In this document: positions 1 through 11,640 of the stretch, piece by piece
Position numbering within the stretch: the stretch's first letter is position 1
Layout of the letters: each line of letters starts with the position of its first letter
Source of the DNA: Chiloscyllium plagiosum
Taxonomy: Eukaryota
NCBI RefSeq assembly: GCF_004010195.1
Contig: NC_057749.1
Coordinates: 22,540,976-22,604,975 of the forward strand
Direction of reading: 5' to 3'
Length of the DNA: 64,000 nucleotides
Notes under the pieces: generated by a model
Seen by the model: the letters and a program-made list of their open reading frames with translations, nothing else
What the model was told of the DNA's origin: nothing
The model's database searches: none
Translations under genes and position numbers: made by a program

Positions 1-120
1 CACATCAAATTCTCGCCATGGGCACTAAGCTGTAAGACTCTGCTCTCTGTGAGAACCACTAGCTCGCTCAGCGCTCTCACTCCATGTGCGGTATAAACAC
101 AGCAAAAATGTCTCCGACAC

Positions 121-417
121 CAGGGTGCCCAGAACCAGGGTGGCCACATAGTCTAAGGAATGCAGGATCAGCCATTTCGGACTGAGATGAGGAGAAATGT
201 CCTCACCCAGAGAGTGGAAAACCTGGGGACTTCTCTGCCCCAGAAAACAGTTGAGGTCAAAAAGATGAATGTGTTTAAGAAGCCATTAGATATGGTTCTT
301 CGGGCTAAAGGGATCAAAGGATATGGGGTGAAAATCAGCCATGATCATAAAATATGGCACAGCAAGTTTGAAGGGCTGAATGGCCTACTCCTGCTCCTAC
401 CATCTGTGTTACTATGG
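121..417 (+). mobile_element. CR1 LINE 3' end fragment
   Basis: Translates as FRTEMRRNVLTQRVENL..SLPQKTVE..VFKKPLD, the CR1 ORF2 C-terminus, followed by the gggctgaatggcctactcctgctcc 3' stem-loop tail. Confidence 0.85.
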
Positions 418-685
418 GATACAAAATAGATCTGAGCTTGAACCCTCACATTCCAGCTTCTGAAAGTCAGAGGCAACTACTCCAAGCAAAACTATTTTGG
501 AGTTAATTGCTCAGAATAAGGTGGAGTGCAGAATTCATGTAACACTCACTGTGCAATGAACTGATACTACTCCAACATCAGACCCCCAACAGTCAATTCC
601 CCACGCTCACATTTCACTTACACCCACACACGCACAGACACCACCCCGCAAACACACTTCCACAGAGAGAAAGAGACAGAGAGAT

Positions 686-905
686 TGAGTTTGCACATTC
701 TCCCCGTGCCTGTGTGGGTTTCCTCCCACAGTCCAAAGATGTGTAGGCCAGGTGAATTGGCCATGCTAAATTGCCCATAGTGTTCGGTGCATTAGTCAGA
801 GGGAAATGGGTCTGGGTGGGTAACTCTTCGGAGGGTCGGTGTGGACTTGTTGGGCCGTAGGGCCTGTTTCCACACTATAGGGGAATCTAATCTAATCTAA
901 TAATA
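686..905 (+). mobile_element. HE1-like V-SINE, 5'-truncated
   Basis: gagtttgcacattctccccgtg..gggtttcctcccacagtccaaagatgtg V-domain core; CR1-like tail ending (aatct)n. Confidence 0.85.
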
Positions 906-1379
906 ATAACACACACATGCAGATAGACATCCACAGAAACATACACACAGATGGAGACACTCCCTCCTGCAAACACACCTCCAGAGATACACACATAATT
1001 CACTTTCAGATGTTAGGAACCCATTCAGACACCATTAGTTTGATTCAATTGTAAATCATTGCATGACTAACTGCCAGATCCCTGTGAATCTCTCCTCACA
1101 CTTCAATGTATACTCACCCAAAGATTCACTTAGCTTTCTCATTAATTCACTCACTTATAAGGTCTTCTGGCATCCAATCAGAAAACCCTCTGGTACCCAA
1201 TGGGAGTCTACTGCCAAGTCCCATGGGATCCACTCATAGACCTGGGAATCCAGGTGGCAGGTTCCTGGAGCTCCCCCCCATGCATGATGGAGAAGATATT
1301 CTCCACACTCATTTTGCATGAGTCAGCAAGAGATCCTGGAATGTTCTCAAGAACCAATCAACATTGCCCATTTTCAGAA

Positions 1380-2147
1380 ATTTGAATTGTATTGAAGAGG
1401 AGGAAGCGGTTAGTATTTTCAGCCCAGTTCAGGGCCTTGCAAATCTGTATGGTACAAGACATCTCCACTGATATCTGACAGCTCCATATTCAAGTTTGTG
1501 CCAAATATAGACAAGGTGGTGAAGAAGGCCTTTAACACAATTGCCTTCATCGCTCAGACCATTGAGTATAGGAGTTGGGATGTCATGTTGAGGTTGTACA
1601 GGAGCTTGGTGAGGCTCCTTCTAAAATACTGTGTCCAGTTCTGGTAGCCCATTTTACAGGAAGGATATTATTAGGATGAAGAGAGTTCAGGAAAGATTTG
1701 CAAGGATGTTACTGGGAATGGAAGGTTTCAGCTTTGAAAATAGATGTGGACTTTCTTCATTGGAGTGTAGAAGACGGAGGAGTGGTTTTACAGAGGTTTA
1801 CAAAATCATGAAGTGTATAGATAATGGCTGGGTTCTGCTCCTTAGGCTGGCGGATTTCAAAACCTGGGAGCACATTTTCAAAGAAAGAGGAGAAAGATTT
1901 AAAAAGGACATGAGGGCAACTTTTTTTTAAAAAACACAGAAGGTGGAATCAACTTCCAGAGGGAGTGCTTGGGTGAGAGTACAATTACATTGTTTAAAAG
2001 ACGTTTGGATAAGTTCATGAATAAGAAATGTTTGGAGGGATATGGGTCAAATGCAGGCGGGCGGGACTAGTTTAGTTTGGAATTATGGTCAGAAGAGACT
2101 GGTTGAACTGAAGGGTCTGTTTCCGTGCTGTATGACTTGATGACTCT
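1380..2147 (+). mobile_element. CR1 LINE 3' fragment (decayed RT C-terminus and 3' UTR)
   Basis: RKDIIRMKRVQERFARML..LECRRRRSGFTEVYKIMK motif; tail gaagggtctgtttccgtgctgtatgact. Confidence 0.85.
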
Positions 2148-2306
2148 GAGAAAGACATTGATCTTACACTTAAGAAGGCATAACAATGGCAAAGGAAGGC
2201 TGTTAAAGAGAAACCACAGCAGGAAAGCAGACTTCGTTTGGCTGAAAGCACTGGGGAAATCTCAACACAGTGCAATAAAAACTTGCTTTTGATATTTGAA
2301 TATCAG

Positions 2307-2528
2307 CCGCACCTATCCTCTGAAACAAAACCACAAACGAAGAGACAAACACGTGAATATACAGGAAAGCAGCCACTGTCTTTGGCACCTCGCTGGGATG
2401 GAGAGAATGGAAATGAAGTTTCCAAAACCGTTAGACGGGACTATTCAGGCATTACCCCTGAAACAGTCAGTCAAGAGATTGTGCATGAGAAAATATTCCA
2501 GAGTAAAATACCACAATATGATTGGAAA
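2307..2528 (+). CDS. Candidate internal coding exon of an unidentified gene
   Basis: Non-repetitive. Acceptor ttgcttttgatatttgaatatcag| and donor AAA|gtgagg; 222 nt, open in phase 0 (PHLSSETKPQTKRQ...HEKIFQSKIPQYDWK). A second frame is also open. No homology recognised. Confidence 0.35.
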
Positions 2529-2744
2529 GTGAGGTTGGCCCTTAATGTCATTTCCCTCAGTTGAAAAATGAACAAAGCAACAGCGATGACCAGCATTTGG
2601 TGGTGCAATCTGCAATGCACTTTCTGAAGGAAGAATCAATGATAGCATTCAAAAAGGAATTGAATAAACACTTCAAGGGGAATAAAAATAACAACGCTTT
2701 GAGCAAAAACCAAGAGGAGTGGCACCAACAAGATATTTTAGATT

Positions 2745-2978
2745 ACTTTCCAGTCAGTGTGGAAACAGGCCCTTCGGTCCAACAGGTCCACACCGACACT
2801 CCAAAGAATAACCCACCCAGACCCGTTTCCCTCTGACTAATGCACCTAACTCACCTGAGCCACACATCTTTGGACTATGGGAGGAAACCGGAGCAAACCC
2901 ACGCAGATGTGGGGAGATCGCGCAAACCCCACACAGACAGTCGCCCGAGATGGGAAGCGAACCCGGGTCCCTGGCAGC
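2745..2978 (-). mobile_element. HE1-like V-SINE
   Basis: Reverse complement of the HE1-like consensus (gtgtggaaacaggcccttcgg...catctttggactatgggaggaaaccggagc). Confidence 0.85.
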
Positions 2979-3614
2979 ACAAATAACGGGCTGAATATCT
3001 TCATTCTGTGCCGTACAATTTGGGGAGAAGATTTCTCTGCTAAATTGAATGGCAGTGACAGAAAGATCTGGAATGTTATTTTAGGAATAGTTTGATTGGA
3101 AAATGCAATGGCTTTTGAAATATCGAAATGGAATTTACATGCGGATTAAATTTTAAAGAACGTCAGATTTCTATAAATATTTACTCGGGCTGTGGGGACA
3201 GGACGACTGATTGATTCAGCTTCCCAAGCTCAGTGACCACTGGGAGTCACGGGGTTTCCTTCCCCGGACTGCAGGGAGTGTACAACAGCAAAACTAGTTG
3301 TACACAAGCATCATTAAAACTATTTTGTTCATGGCCCCTCCTCTTTCGGCTTCATTAGCTGACCTCATTCACTGCAGTCAATATTCAAGAGGATCAATTA
3401 CATCCTTTGCTCCAATTCACAGATTTAACGGCAGATCAATGTACTTTACCAAATGGAAATTGCGTAATTGCACACAGTCTGTGGCCTAAACCAAATAAAC
3501 CATTCCAGGACAGTTTGTGGAAAAGTATATTGCAGCAGTCAGACAGCTTGCTTGGCTGTGTTTTAACAGTTTAGCTGCTGCAGAGGATCAGCAATCCACC
3601 TCGAAACAACACCC

Positions 3615-3835
3615 GAACGAACTGTGGATGCTGGAAACCAGAAACAAAATTGGAAATTGCTGGAAAAGGTTGGCAGCTCAGTTGGAGAGAAATCAGAGTT
3701 AACGTTTCGGGTGCAGCGACCCTTCCTCAGAACTACTAGAAGGGTCACTGGACCCGAAACGTTAACCCTGACCTCTTTCCAGCAGATGCTGCTGGAGCTG
3801 CTGAGTTTTTCAGATTTTGCGGCATTCTATGTCTG
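3615..3835. mobile_element. Palindromic Penelope-like terminal fragment (family B)
   Basis: Arms gttaacgtttcgggt..gacccttc / gaagggtc..gacccgaaacgttaac are inverted; same family at 34235-34442 and 49660-50110. Confidence 0.7.
3697..3734 (-). ncRNA. Minimal type I hammerhead ribozyme motif, intact consensus
   Basis: Minus strand: AGUU-CUGAGGA-A-GGGU(CGCUGC)ACCC-GAAA-C-GUU^AACU. Stem I AGUU/AACU, stem II 4 bp, palindromic ACGU stem III, NUH=GUU. Confidence 0.65.
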
Positions 3836-3921
3836 CTGAGTAAAGCTCAGTACCTGCTGTGCTTTTAACTTGGTCCTAGTGGTATAATGTGTGCTTTGGC
3901 AAAAGTGAACTGAATGCAAGA

Positions 3922-4368
3922 AGTCAAGATTAGTGTGGTGCTGGAAAAGCGCAGCGGGTCAGGCAGCATCCGAGGAGCAGGAAAATCGCTTTTCAGGCAA
4001 AATCCCTACATCAGGAAGGAGGCTGGGAGCTGCGGGGGTGGAGAGATAATTGGGAGGGGGTGGGGCTGGAGGGAAGGTAGCTGAGAGTGCAATAGGTGGA
4101 TGGAGGTGGGATAAAGGTGATAGGTCAGAGAGGAGGAGGAGGGAGACAGTGGAGTCTGCAGATGCTGGAGATCAGAGTTGAGAGTGTGTTGCTGGAAAAG
4201 CACAGCAGGTCAGGCAGCATCCGAGGAGCAGGAAAATCAACGTTTCGGGCCAGAGTCCTTCACCATGACACATTCTTGATGAAGCGCTCATGCCTGGAAC
4301 GTCGATTCTCCTGCTCCTCGGATGCTGCCTGACCTGCTGTGCTTTTCCAGCAACACACTCTCAACACC
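3922..4368 (-). mobile_element. Penelope-like 3' end with tandem and inverted terminal repeats (family A)
   Basis: Two direct copies of gctggaaaag..cagc..gtcaggcagcatccgaggagcaggaaaatc plus an inverted copy at ca. 4300-4365; same sequence as the terminus of the PLE at 51782. Confidence 0.75.
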
Positions 4369-4462
4369 AGAGGAGGGTGATTCAGGGCTGGAGGAGATGA
4401 CCTGGGGGGTCATCGCAGGAATGCGAGAAGTCGCGGCCTCAAATCTCAGACAAGCCTTTAGT

Positions 4463-4575
4463 GGCCCTCCTGTGGCACAATGGTAGTGTCTGTAACTCTG
4501 GACTGGGAGCTCTGGATTCAAGTCCCACCTGCTCCAGAGCTGTGTCATAACAGGTTGATTAGAAAAATAGGTTAA
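4463..4575 (+). mobile_element. Short tRNA-derived SINE-like repeat
   Basis: gtggcacaatggtagtgtc (A box-like) and ggattcaagtcccacc (B box-like); related copies near 5120, 15740, 43535, 43660 and 60620 (minus). Confidence 0.55.
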
Positions 4576-5705
4576 ATAATACACAAAAAGTCCATCATGA
4601 CTGGCACGCCATTCAATAAAAGTTATTTGTGTCAGCTCTCAAGTGCAGCCTTACTGTGGTTGGAGTGCACCACCTAGACTGACCCTCCAGTATGTTACTG
4701 GGAAGAGTGCAACACAATGGAAGGGGCCAGCGTTTTGGAGACCCCACCTCTTGTCTCTCATCAGAAGATGAGCTTGCTGCTTTCCCCGGGCCCTGCTCAA
4801 TCACCTCTCTCCCTCAAAAACAGGCAAGCTGGTGATCCAACTCAGAGTTTGCGGCGGGATCTTGCCATGCTGTTCTTACATTTGCCTTCAAAATGGCGGC
4901 TGCTGTAGTTCACCGTACATTAAGATCTTTGAGAAGAAAGAAGAACCGAGAGAGATTTAAATTGACGAGCAAAAGGAACGAGGGTGATGTGAGGTAAAAT
5001 CTTCCCATTCAATGAGTAGTTGGAGTACAAAATGCATTGTCTGGAAATGTGGTGGAGATAGGTTCAACTGAGGCATTCAAGAGGGACTTTGTCGGATTAT
5101 TTGCACAGAAATCTTTTGACACGGTGGTAATGCCCCTACTCTGGGCCTCAAGTCCCACCTACTCCAGCGGTGTGTAATAACATTGTGGACAGGCTGATTC
5201 GAAAATACCATCATCGCCAAAGTGTCAGGATCTTATGGTGCAACGGTGATGTCCCTAACGTGAGGCCTGGGTTTGAGTAAAGGACGCGGGTGAAAGGCAA
5301 GAAATTGGCACTGTTTACAGGCACGATGGGCCGAAAGGCCTCATTTTGTACTGTAACAATTTCCTGGCTCCCTGTCGCACACTCTCAGGAGAAGGGGAGG
5401 CTCTTTAGGACTCTGTCTTCACCCAGAGAATGGAGAGTTTGCGGAATTCACCCCGACAAACAACGATTGAGGCTAAGACATTGAATGTTTTTAAGGAGGA
5501 CTTAGATATCATTCTCAGAGGTAAAGGGATCAAAGGGTTTGGGGAGAAAGCGGGAACAGGGGATTGAGTTGAATGATCAGCCATGATCATATTGAATGGC
5601 AGAGCAGTCACAAAGGGTCAAATGGCTAACTCCTGCTCCTATTTTCTATGTTTTTACCTAATTCTGTGATGTTTCTGAAAGATACAATCTGATTCTCCTC
5701 TTCAG

Positions 5706-5870
5706 GACTCTGTAATTGAATGGATAATCAGAACTGAGGTTCAACAATTCTGTGGAGGGCACTATTCTGATACTTGGGTTGTGCGAGCCACTTATAAAGA
5801 TAGTCTCAAGGCCAGCTTGCTTCCACAACTTGTACCTTCACTTGATGGGAATATGACAGATTTGATTTAA
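5706..5870 (+). CDS. Candidate terminal coding exon (alternative 1)
   Basis: Acceptor gattctcctcttcag| followed by 54 sense codons in phase 0 (DSVIEWIIRTEVQQFCGGHYSDTW...DLI) and TAA; non-repetitive. Confidence 0.25.
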   Translation, partial: DSVIEWIIRTEVQQFCGGHYSDTWVVRATYKDSLKASLLPQLVPSLDGNMTDLI

Positions 5871-6434
5871 AAAGCAAGGGGTCGAGGACATGGAACAGTG
5901 CAGCTCAGAGCCATTTACTGTCTATCACAATCGCGCAAAGTGAGGCTGTATGTAACGGCTCTCTGTGTCTGTTAATGCACACCTTCTGACTCACTGAGTC
6001 TCAGAAACAAGTATTACCGGGGAGGCTTCCTGGAACATCTTGTGTAGTGTCATTTTGATTGAGAAATTGCTGAGAATAAAAACAGCCTGCCAATCAGAGT
6101 GCTTAGCTCTTCACTACACCACATACAGTGAAACCCGCTAAAAATGTATGGTGTGACCCAACGACTTGTCTTAATTGTAAAATAATTGTGTGACAATGAC
6201 CAACCGATGCTTCACTTAATTCCCTGAAATAAGGATAAACTCATAAAATTGAGCTGGGCGATATGGACTTTTAATTATTAAGTCTGCTAATCAATAACTG
6301 CATGTGGAAAGATTGGCTCCAGTTCTATCCTTCACCAACTGCATTCCTGGTGTATAACAAAGAGCAGTTTGCCTCTGCGTAGGTGGATCATAGGTTCAAA
6401 TACTTATCCAAAACTTGACCACCAGATATGAATT

Positions 6435-6715
6435 AGAATCCCTACAGTGTGGAAACAGACCTTTTGGCCCAACAAGTCCACACCGATCCTCTGAAGAGTA
6501 GCCCTCCCAGATCCATTCCCCTACATATACCCTTGACTAATAGCCTACACTATGAGCAATTTCCCATGGCCAGTTCATCTGACCTGCACACCTTTGTGAT
6601 GGTGGGAGGAAACTGGAGCATCCAGTGGAAACCCACGCAGACACGGGCTGGATTCAAACCCGGGTCCCTGGTGCTGTGAGGCAGCAGTGCTAACCACTGA
6701 GCCACCGTGCCACCC
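6435..6715 (-). mobile_element. HE1-like V-SINE
   Basis: Ends gtgctaaccactgagccaccgtgccaccc, the reverse complement of the tRNA-like head. Confidence 0.85.
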
Positions 6716-6764
6716 ACTGACAGCAAAGGCAGTTCTGAGGGAGTACAGCATGGTTGGATAGATT

Positions 6765-7590
6765 GTTACTACTACCATCATTGAATCCTCCATTATCAAC
6801 ATCCTGGGGGTCACCATTGACCAGAAACTCAACTGGACTCATCACATAAACACAGTGGCTACAAAAGCAGGTTAGAGGCTAGGAATACTGTGGCAAGTAA
6901 CTCACCTCCTGATTCCCCAAAGTCTATCGACCATCTACAAGGTACAAGTCAGGAGTGTGATGGAATACTCCCCACTTGCCTGGATGGGTGCAGCCCCAAC
7001 ACTCAAGAAATTCAACACCACCCAAGACAAAGCAGCCCACTTGATTAGCATCACTTCCACAAGCATCCAGCCCCTCAATCACCAACACTTAGTGGCAGCA
7101 GTCTGGATGGGTGCAGCCCCAACACTCAAGAAATGCAACACCACCCAAGACAAAGCAGCCCACTTGATTAGCATCACTTCCACAAGCATCCACCCCCTCA
7201 ATCACCAACACTTAGTGGCAGCAGTGTGTACTATCTACAAGATGCACTGCAGAAATTCACCAAAGATCCTCAGACAGCATCTTCTAAACCCACGACCACT
7301 TCCATCTTGAAGGACAAGGACAGCAGATACATGGGAGCACCAACCCCTGCAGGTTCCCCTCCAAGCCATTCACCACCCTGACTTGGAAATATATAGGTGT
7401 CCTGTTGCTGGTTCAAAATCCTGGAATTCCCTCCCCAAGGGCATTGTGGGTCAACTCACAGCAAGTGGGCTGCTGCCGTTCAAGAAAGCAGCTCACCCCC
7501 ACCTTCTCAAGGGGGAGGCAACTAGGGACGGGCAGTAAAATGCTGAGCCCAGCCAGTGATGCTCACATCCCACAAAATGAATAAATAAAT
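6765..7590 (+). mobile_element. CR1/L2-group LINE 3' portion with an internal 123-bp tandem duplication
   Basis: INILGVTIDQKLNW..IYKVQVRSVMEYSPLAWMGAAPTLKK RT C-terminal motifs; tail atgaataaataaat; related copies at 18600-19540 (+), 11875-12200 (-) and 51230-54000 (-). Confidence 0.8.
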
Positions 7591-7800
7591 AATTGAGGCC
7601 TACATCTCAGGCGAATGTGAAATATCCAATTACATGATTTGAAAAGGAGCCGTCTCTCCTGCAGGGACAGTACTTATCCCTCCACCAGCAAAAGAGAGAA
7701 TTATTTCGTTGATGTGGGTGGATTCTTGCTTTCAAATTGGCGTCTCTGTTTCCTGTGTGATAACGGTGCAAAGAAGTAAACCTTTCTGTCTCTACCTCAG

Positions 7801-7857
7801 CGACTGGGAGAATCGCTGACGCTCACTGACATTCTACTAATCTGTGACACCACGTAG
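7801..7857 (+). CDS. Candidate terminal coding exon (alternative 2) followed by a UTR-like region
   Basis: Strong acceptor cctttctgtctctacctcag|; phase 0 reads RLGESLTLTDILLICDTT*. Downstream ca. 750 nt is unique with U-rich tracts and AATAAA at 8593-8598. Confidence 0.3.
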   Translation, partial: RLGESLTLTDILLICDTT

Positions 7858-8714
7858 CTACGCCAACAAGGATTTGTACCAATGAGCCGTCGACACAGAC
7901 GGTCAACCTGACATCTCATAATCCGATTGCTGGATAGCAGTGATTTAAAGTACAGATCTGCTTAGTAGCTACCATAAAACCTGCACAGCTAGCTACCCAA
8001 ATTTAAAAAGGAAAAATACTGGCAACATTTGAAGAATGCATTTTTTTACAGCAATATTTTGTTATGCACACTTTTTTTTGTTGTAACGAGGTAGGGTTTT
8101 CTCTATTATATCAGTTCCCCTCAGCCTAAAACTGGAGGGAACTTTATTTAGGTGCAATGCAGTAAACTCATTACCTAACCTCAAGGGGACATCTAAGGTA
8201 ACACTCATTCAGTAAACAGTGCCAAGGGTGCAGTTGCTTTGTATTTATAACGTACTAAGCACACATCTGATGCAATGTGCATGGAATGCACGTAAACAAT
8301 CTTCTAAAAAAATGTTGTCGCACTCCCAAAGCAAGTCTGAGGACACAGAATACCACAGCCAGTGTCGCTGGGTCTTATAGTTGCATGGACACGTAGTCCA
8401 AGCAGAGGAAAATAATCTTAGTCAGCTACCACTGGGCTGTGACTGCAAACTAATTAGAGAGACAGGCTTTTTGGAAACTCTCCCAGATTGCTTGAAAGTA
8501 AAAGTGCACATGTGTTTTCAAGCTGTAAGTGTGGTTCTGGCCACCAGAAGAAGACACAGGAAAAAGTAAGTTGGTCTTGCCAACACATTAAAAATAAACC
8601 TCAAATGCAAAAGTGTACCAAGGCAAACAACCAAAATTTTGAACCAAACCTATCTCCCATCTCCCACCTCGCTCAGTGTGCCAATGTAACCTTATCCCGA
8701 AAATTGGAGCTACA

Positions 8715-10525
8715 AATGAGAAGACCAAAGGATATAGGAGCAGAATGAGGCCCTTTGGCCCATCGAGTCTGCTCTGCTATTCGATCATGGCTGAAACGTT
8801 TCCCATTCTCCTGCCTTCTCCCCATAACGTTTGATCCCCTTACTAATCAAGAAACTATCTATCTCTGTCTTAAAGACACTCAATGGCTTGGCCTCCACAG
8901 CCCTTTGTGGCAATAAGTTCCACAGATTCACTCCCCTCTGGTGAAGATACTCCACCGCATCTCAATTCTAAAAGGTCATCCCTTTACTCTGATGGTTGGG
9001 TCCTAGTCTCTCCTACCAATGGAAACATCTTCTCCACATCCACTGCATCCAGGCCTCTCAATATTCGCTAAGTTTCAATGAGCTCCCCCCTCATCTTTCC
9101 AAACCCCGAGTACAGACCAGAGTCCTCAACTGCTCCTCATATGACAAGCCCGGCATCCCCTGGATCATTCCTGTAAACCTCCTCTGGATCCCCTCCCAGG
9201 ACAGCACACCTTCCTTAGATACGAGGCCCAAAACCGCTCACAATATTCCAAATGCAGTCTGATCAGAGCCTTATACAGCTTCATCAGTACATCCCTGCTC
9301 TTGTATTCTAGCCCCCTCGAAATGAATGCTCACATTGCCTTTGCCTTCCTAACTGCCAACTGAATCGGCATGTTAACCTTAAGAGAATCCTTAACTAGGA
9401 CTCCCAAATTCCTTTGTGCTTCAGATTTCCAAAGCCAGTCAATGCCTCTAATCTTCCTGCCAAAAAGTGCATAACCTCACACTCTCCCACATTGTACTCC
9501 ATCTGCCACTTCTTTGGCCACTCTCCCAGCCTGTCCAAGTCTTTCTGCAGCCTCTCTGCTTCCTGAACACTACCCGTCCCTCTACCTATCTTTGTCTCAT
9601 CTGCAAACTTCGGGCAGATCATTAACGTACAATGTGAATAGCTGTTGGTTCCAATATGGACTCCTGTGGAGCTCTACTAGTTACTGGGTGCCATCCTGAA
9701 AAAGACCCCTTTATCCCCCTCTCTGCCTTCTGCCAGTCAGCCAATCCTCTATCCATGCCAGTACTTTGCCCCTAACACCATGGGCTCTTATCTTCCTCAG
9801 CAGCCTCCTGTGTGGAACCTTGTCAAAGTCCTTCAGGAAATCCAAATCAATCACATCCACACACTCTTGTCTCACTTGCTCATTACCTCCTCAAAAAATT
9901 CAGACAGATTTTTCATCTACTTGATGAAGCCGTGCTGACTCAGCCCTATTTTACCATGCACTTCCAAGTACTTCTCAATCACATCCCCAATAATGGATTC
10001 TCAAATCCTACCAGCGGCTGAGGTCGGGCTAACTGGCCTATAATTTCCTGCCTTCTGACTTCATTCCTTCTTAAACAGGGGTGTTACATTATCCATTTTC
10101 CAGTCCTCTGGAACCCTTCCTGACTCCAGTGATTCCTGAAAGATGATCACCAATGCCTGCACAATCCCCTCAGCTCGGCCAAATGGGCACTGCAGATGCT
10201 GGAGATTAGAGTCAAGATTAGAGTGGTGCTGGAAAAGCTCAGCAGGTCAGGCTGGAAAATCAACATTTCGGGCAAAAGCCTGATGAAGGGCTTTTGCCCA
10301 AAACATTGGTTTTCCTGCTCCTCGGATGCTGCCTGATCTGCTGTGCGTTTCCAACACCACTCTAATCTCCTCAGCTACCTCCTTCACAACTCTGGGGTGC
10401 AGTCCATCTGGTCTGGGTGATTTATCCACCTTCAGCTCTCCCAGCACCTTCTCCTTAGTGATGGTGACTACACTCACCCTCTGCCCCCGACTCTCTGGTA
10501 CTTCTGGTCTGCTGCTGGTGATCAC
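8715..10525 (-). mobile_element. CR1 LINE ORF2 fragment, interrupted by a PLE palindrome at ca. 10185-10368
   Basis: KFADETKIG..LQKDLDRLGEW..WQMEYNVGECEVMHF and KVDKSPRPDGLHPRVVKEVAEEI motifs. Confidence 0.9.
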
Positions 10526-10552
10526 TTCTACTCAAATATATTTGACCCCTGG

Positions 10553-10748
10553 GTGTTTGTGAGCTCAGTGGCTGGCTTATGATGCAGAGTGACTGAAAGC
10601 AACATTGGTTCAATTTCTGTAGTGACCGAGGTTACCACAAAGGTCTCACCATCTTGACCTTGTCCCTCACCCGAGGCATGGTGCCCTCACATTAAACCAT
10701 CACCAGTAGCCTCTCTCGAATGAGAATGTGGGATTATGGTGACTTTGT
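10553..10748 (+). mobile_element. tRNA-derived SINE, family distinct from HE1
   Basis: gagctcagtgg..ggttcaatttc head and gaggttacca..ccaccagt body; related copies at ca. 24945-25115 (-), 54005-54200 (-), 60070-60270 (-) and 60285-60408 (+). Confidence 0.65.
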
Positions 10749-11059
10749 TTTTAGTTAATACCTACTAGACTCAACATTGGAGCTGGATGTGGTAGGAATT
10801 GAATTGAACATGTACCGAGGCACAGTGATAAGCTTTGTCTTGGGAGCAATACGGGCAGAATTAACTCAGTCGTGGTGTATCTTAGCTGTGACAACATCAG
10901 CTACAAATGTACAAGTTAGCTGCAAAGATAGGCCATTCTGCCTCTCAAGCTGCTACTCTTCCATTTTATAAATTCATGATTGATCTCTTTCACTCCACCA
11001 GCTTGCCTACTCCTGATAACCTTTTCACCTTCTTGACCTACCCTCCAACTTTGTACAAT

Positions 11060-11640
11060 TATTTGACTTGATTTGATTTATTATTGTCACATTTACTGAG
11101 GTACATGAAAAGTTTTGTTTTGACTGCAGTACAGCAAGATCATACCATATGAAGTGCATTAGGATAATAGCGAGGAATACAATGTTACAGCTGCAGAGAA
11201 GGTGTACCAAGAGCAAGATCAACATCAAATTTAAAATTTGAGAGGTCCACTCAAAAGTGTAATAACAGCGGGGAAGAAGCAGCTCTTGAACCTGTTGGTG
11301 CATATGTTCAAACTTTTATATCTTCTGCCTGACAGAAGAGGGTTGGAAGAGATTATAACCGGGGGGGGGGGGGAGGGGTCTTTGATGGTGGTGGCTGCCT
11401 TCCTGAGGCAGTGGGAAGTGTAGATGGAGTCAATGGATTGAAGGTTGGCTTGCGTCAGGGACTGGACTGTATTCACCCAACTCTCTGAATTTCTTATGGT
11501 CCTGACCAGAGCAGTTGCCGTACCAATCCATGGCCTCCCGATAAAATGCTTTCTGTGAGCATCCATTAAAAAAAGTAAGAATTCTTGGACATGTCAAATT
11601 TCTTTCACCTCCTGAGGTATTAGAGGCGCTGCTGTGCTTT
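11060..11640 (-). mobile_element. Rex1/Babar non-LTR retrotransposon 3' end
   Basis: VNTVQSLTQANLQSIDSIYTSHCLRKAATTIKDPS..LLSGRRYKSL..TNRFKSCFFPAVITLL is the Rex1-type RT C-terminus; tail gtgacaataataaatcaaatcaa. Confidence 0.85.
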
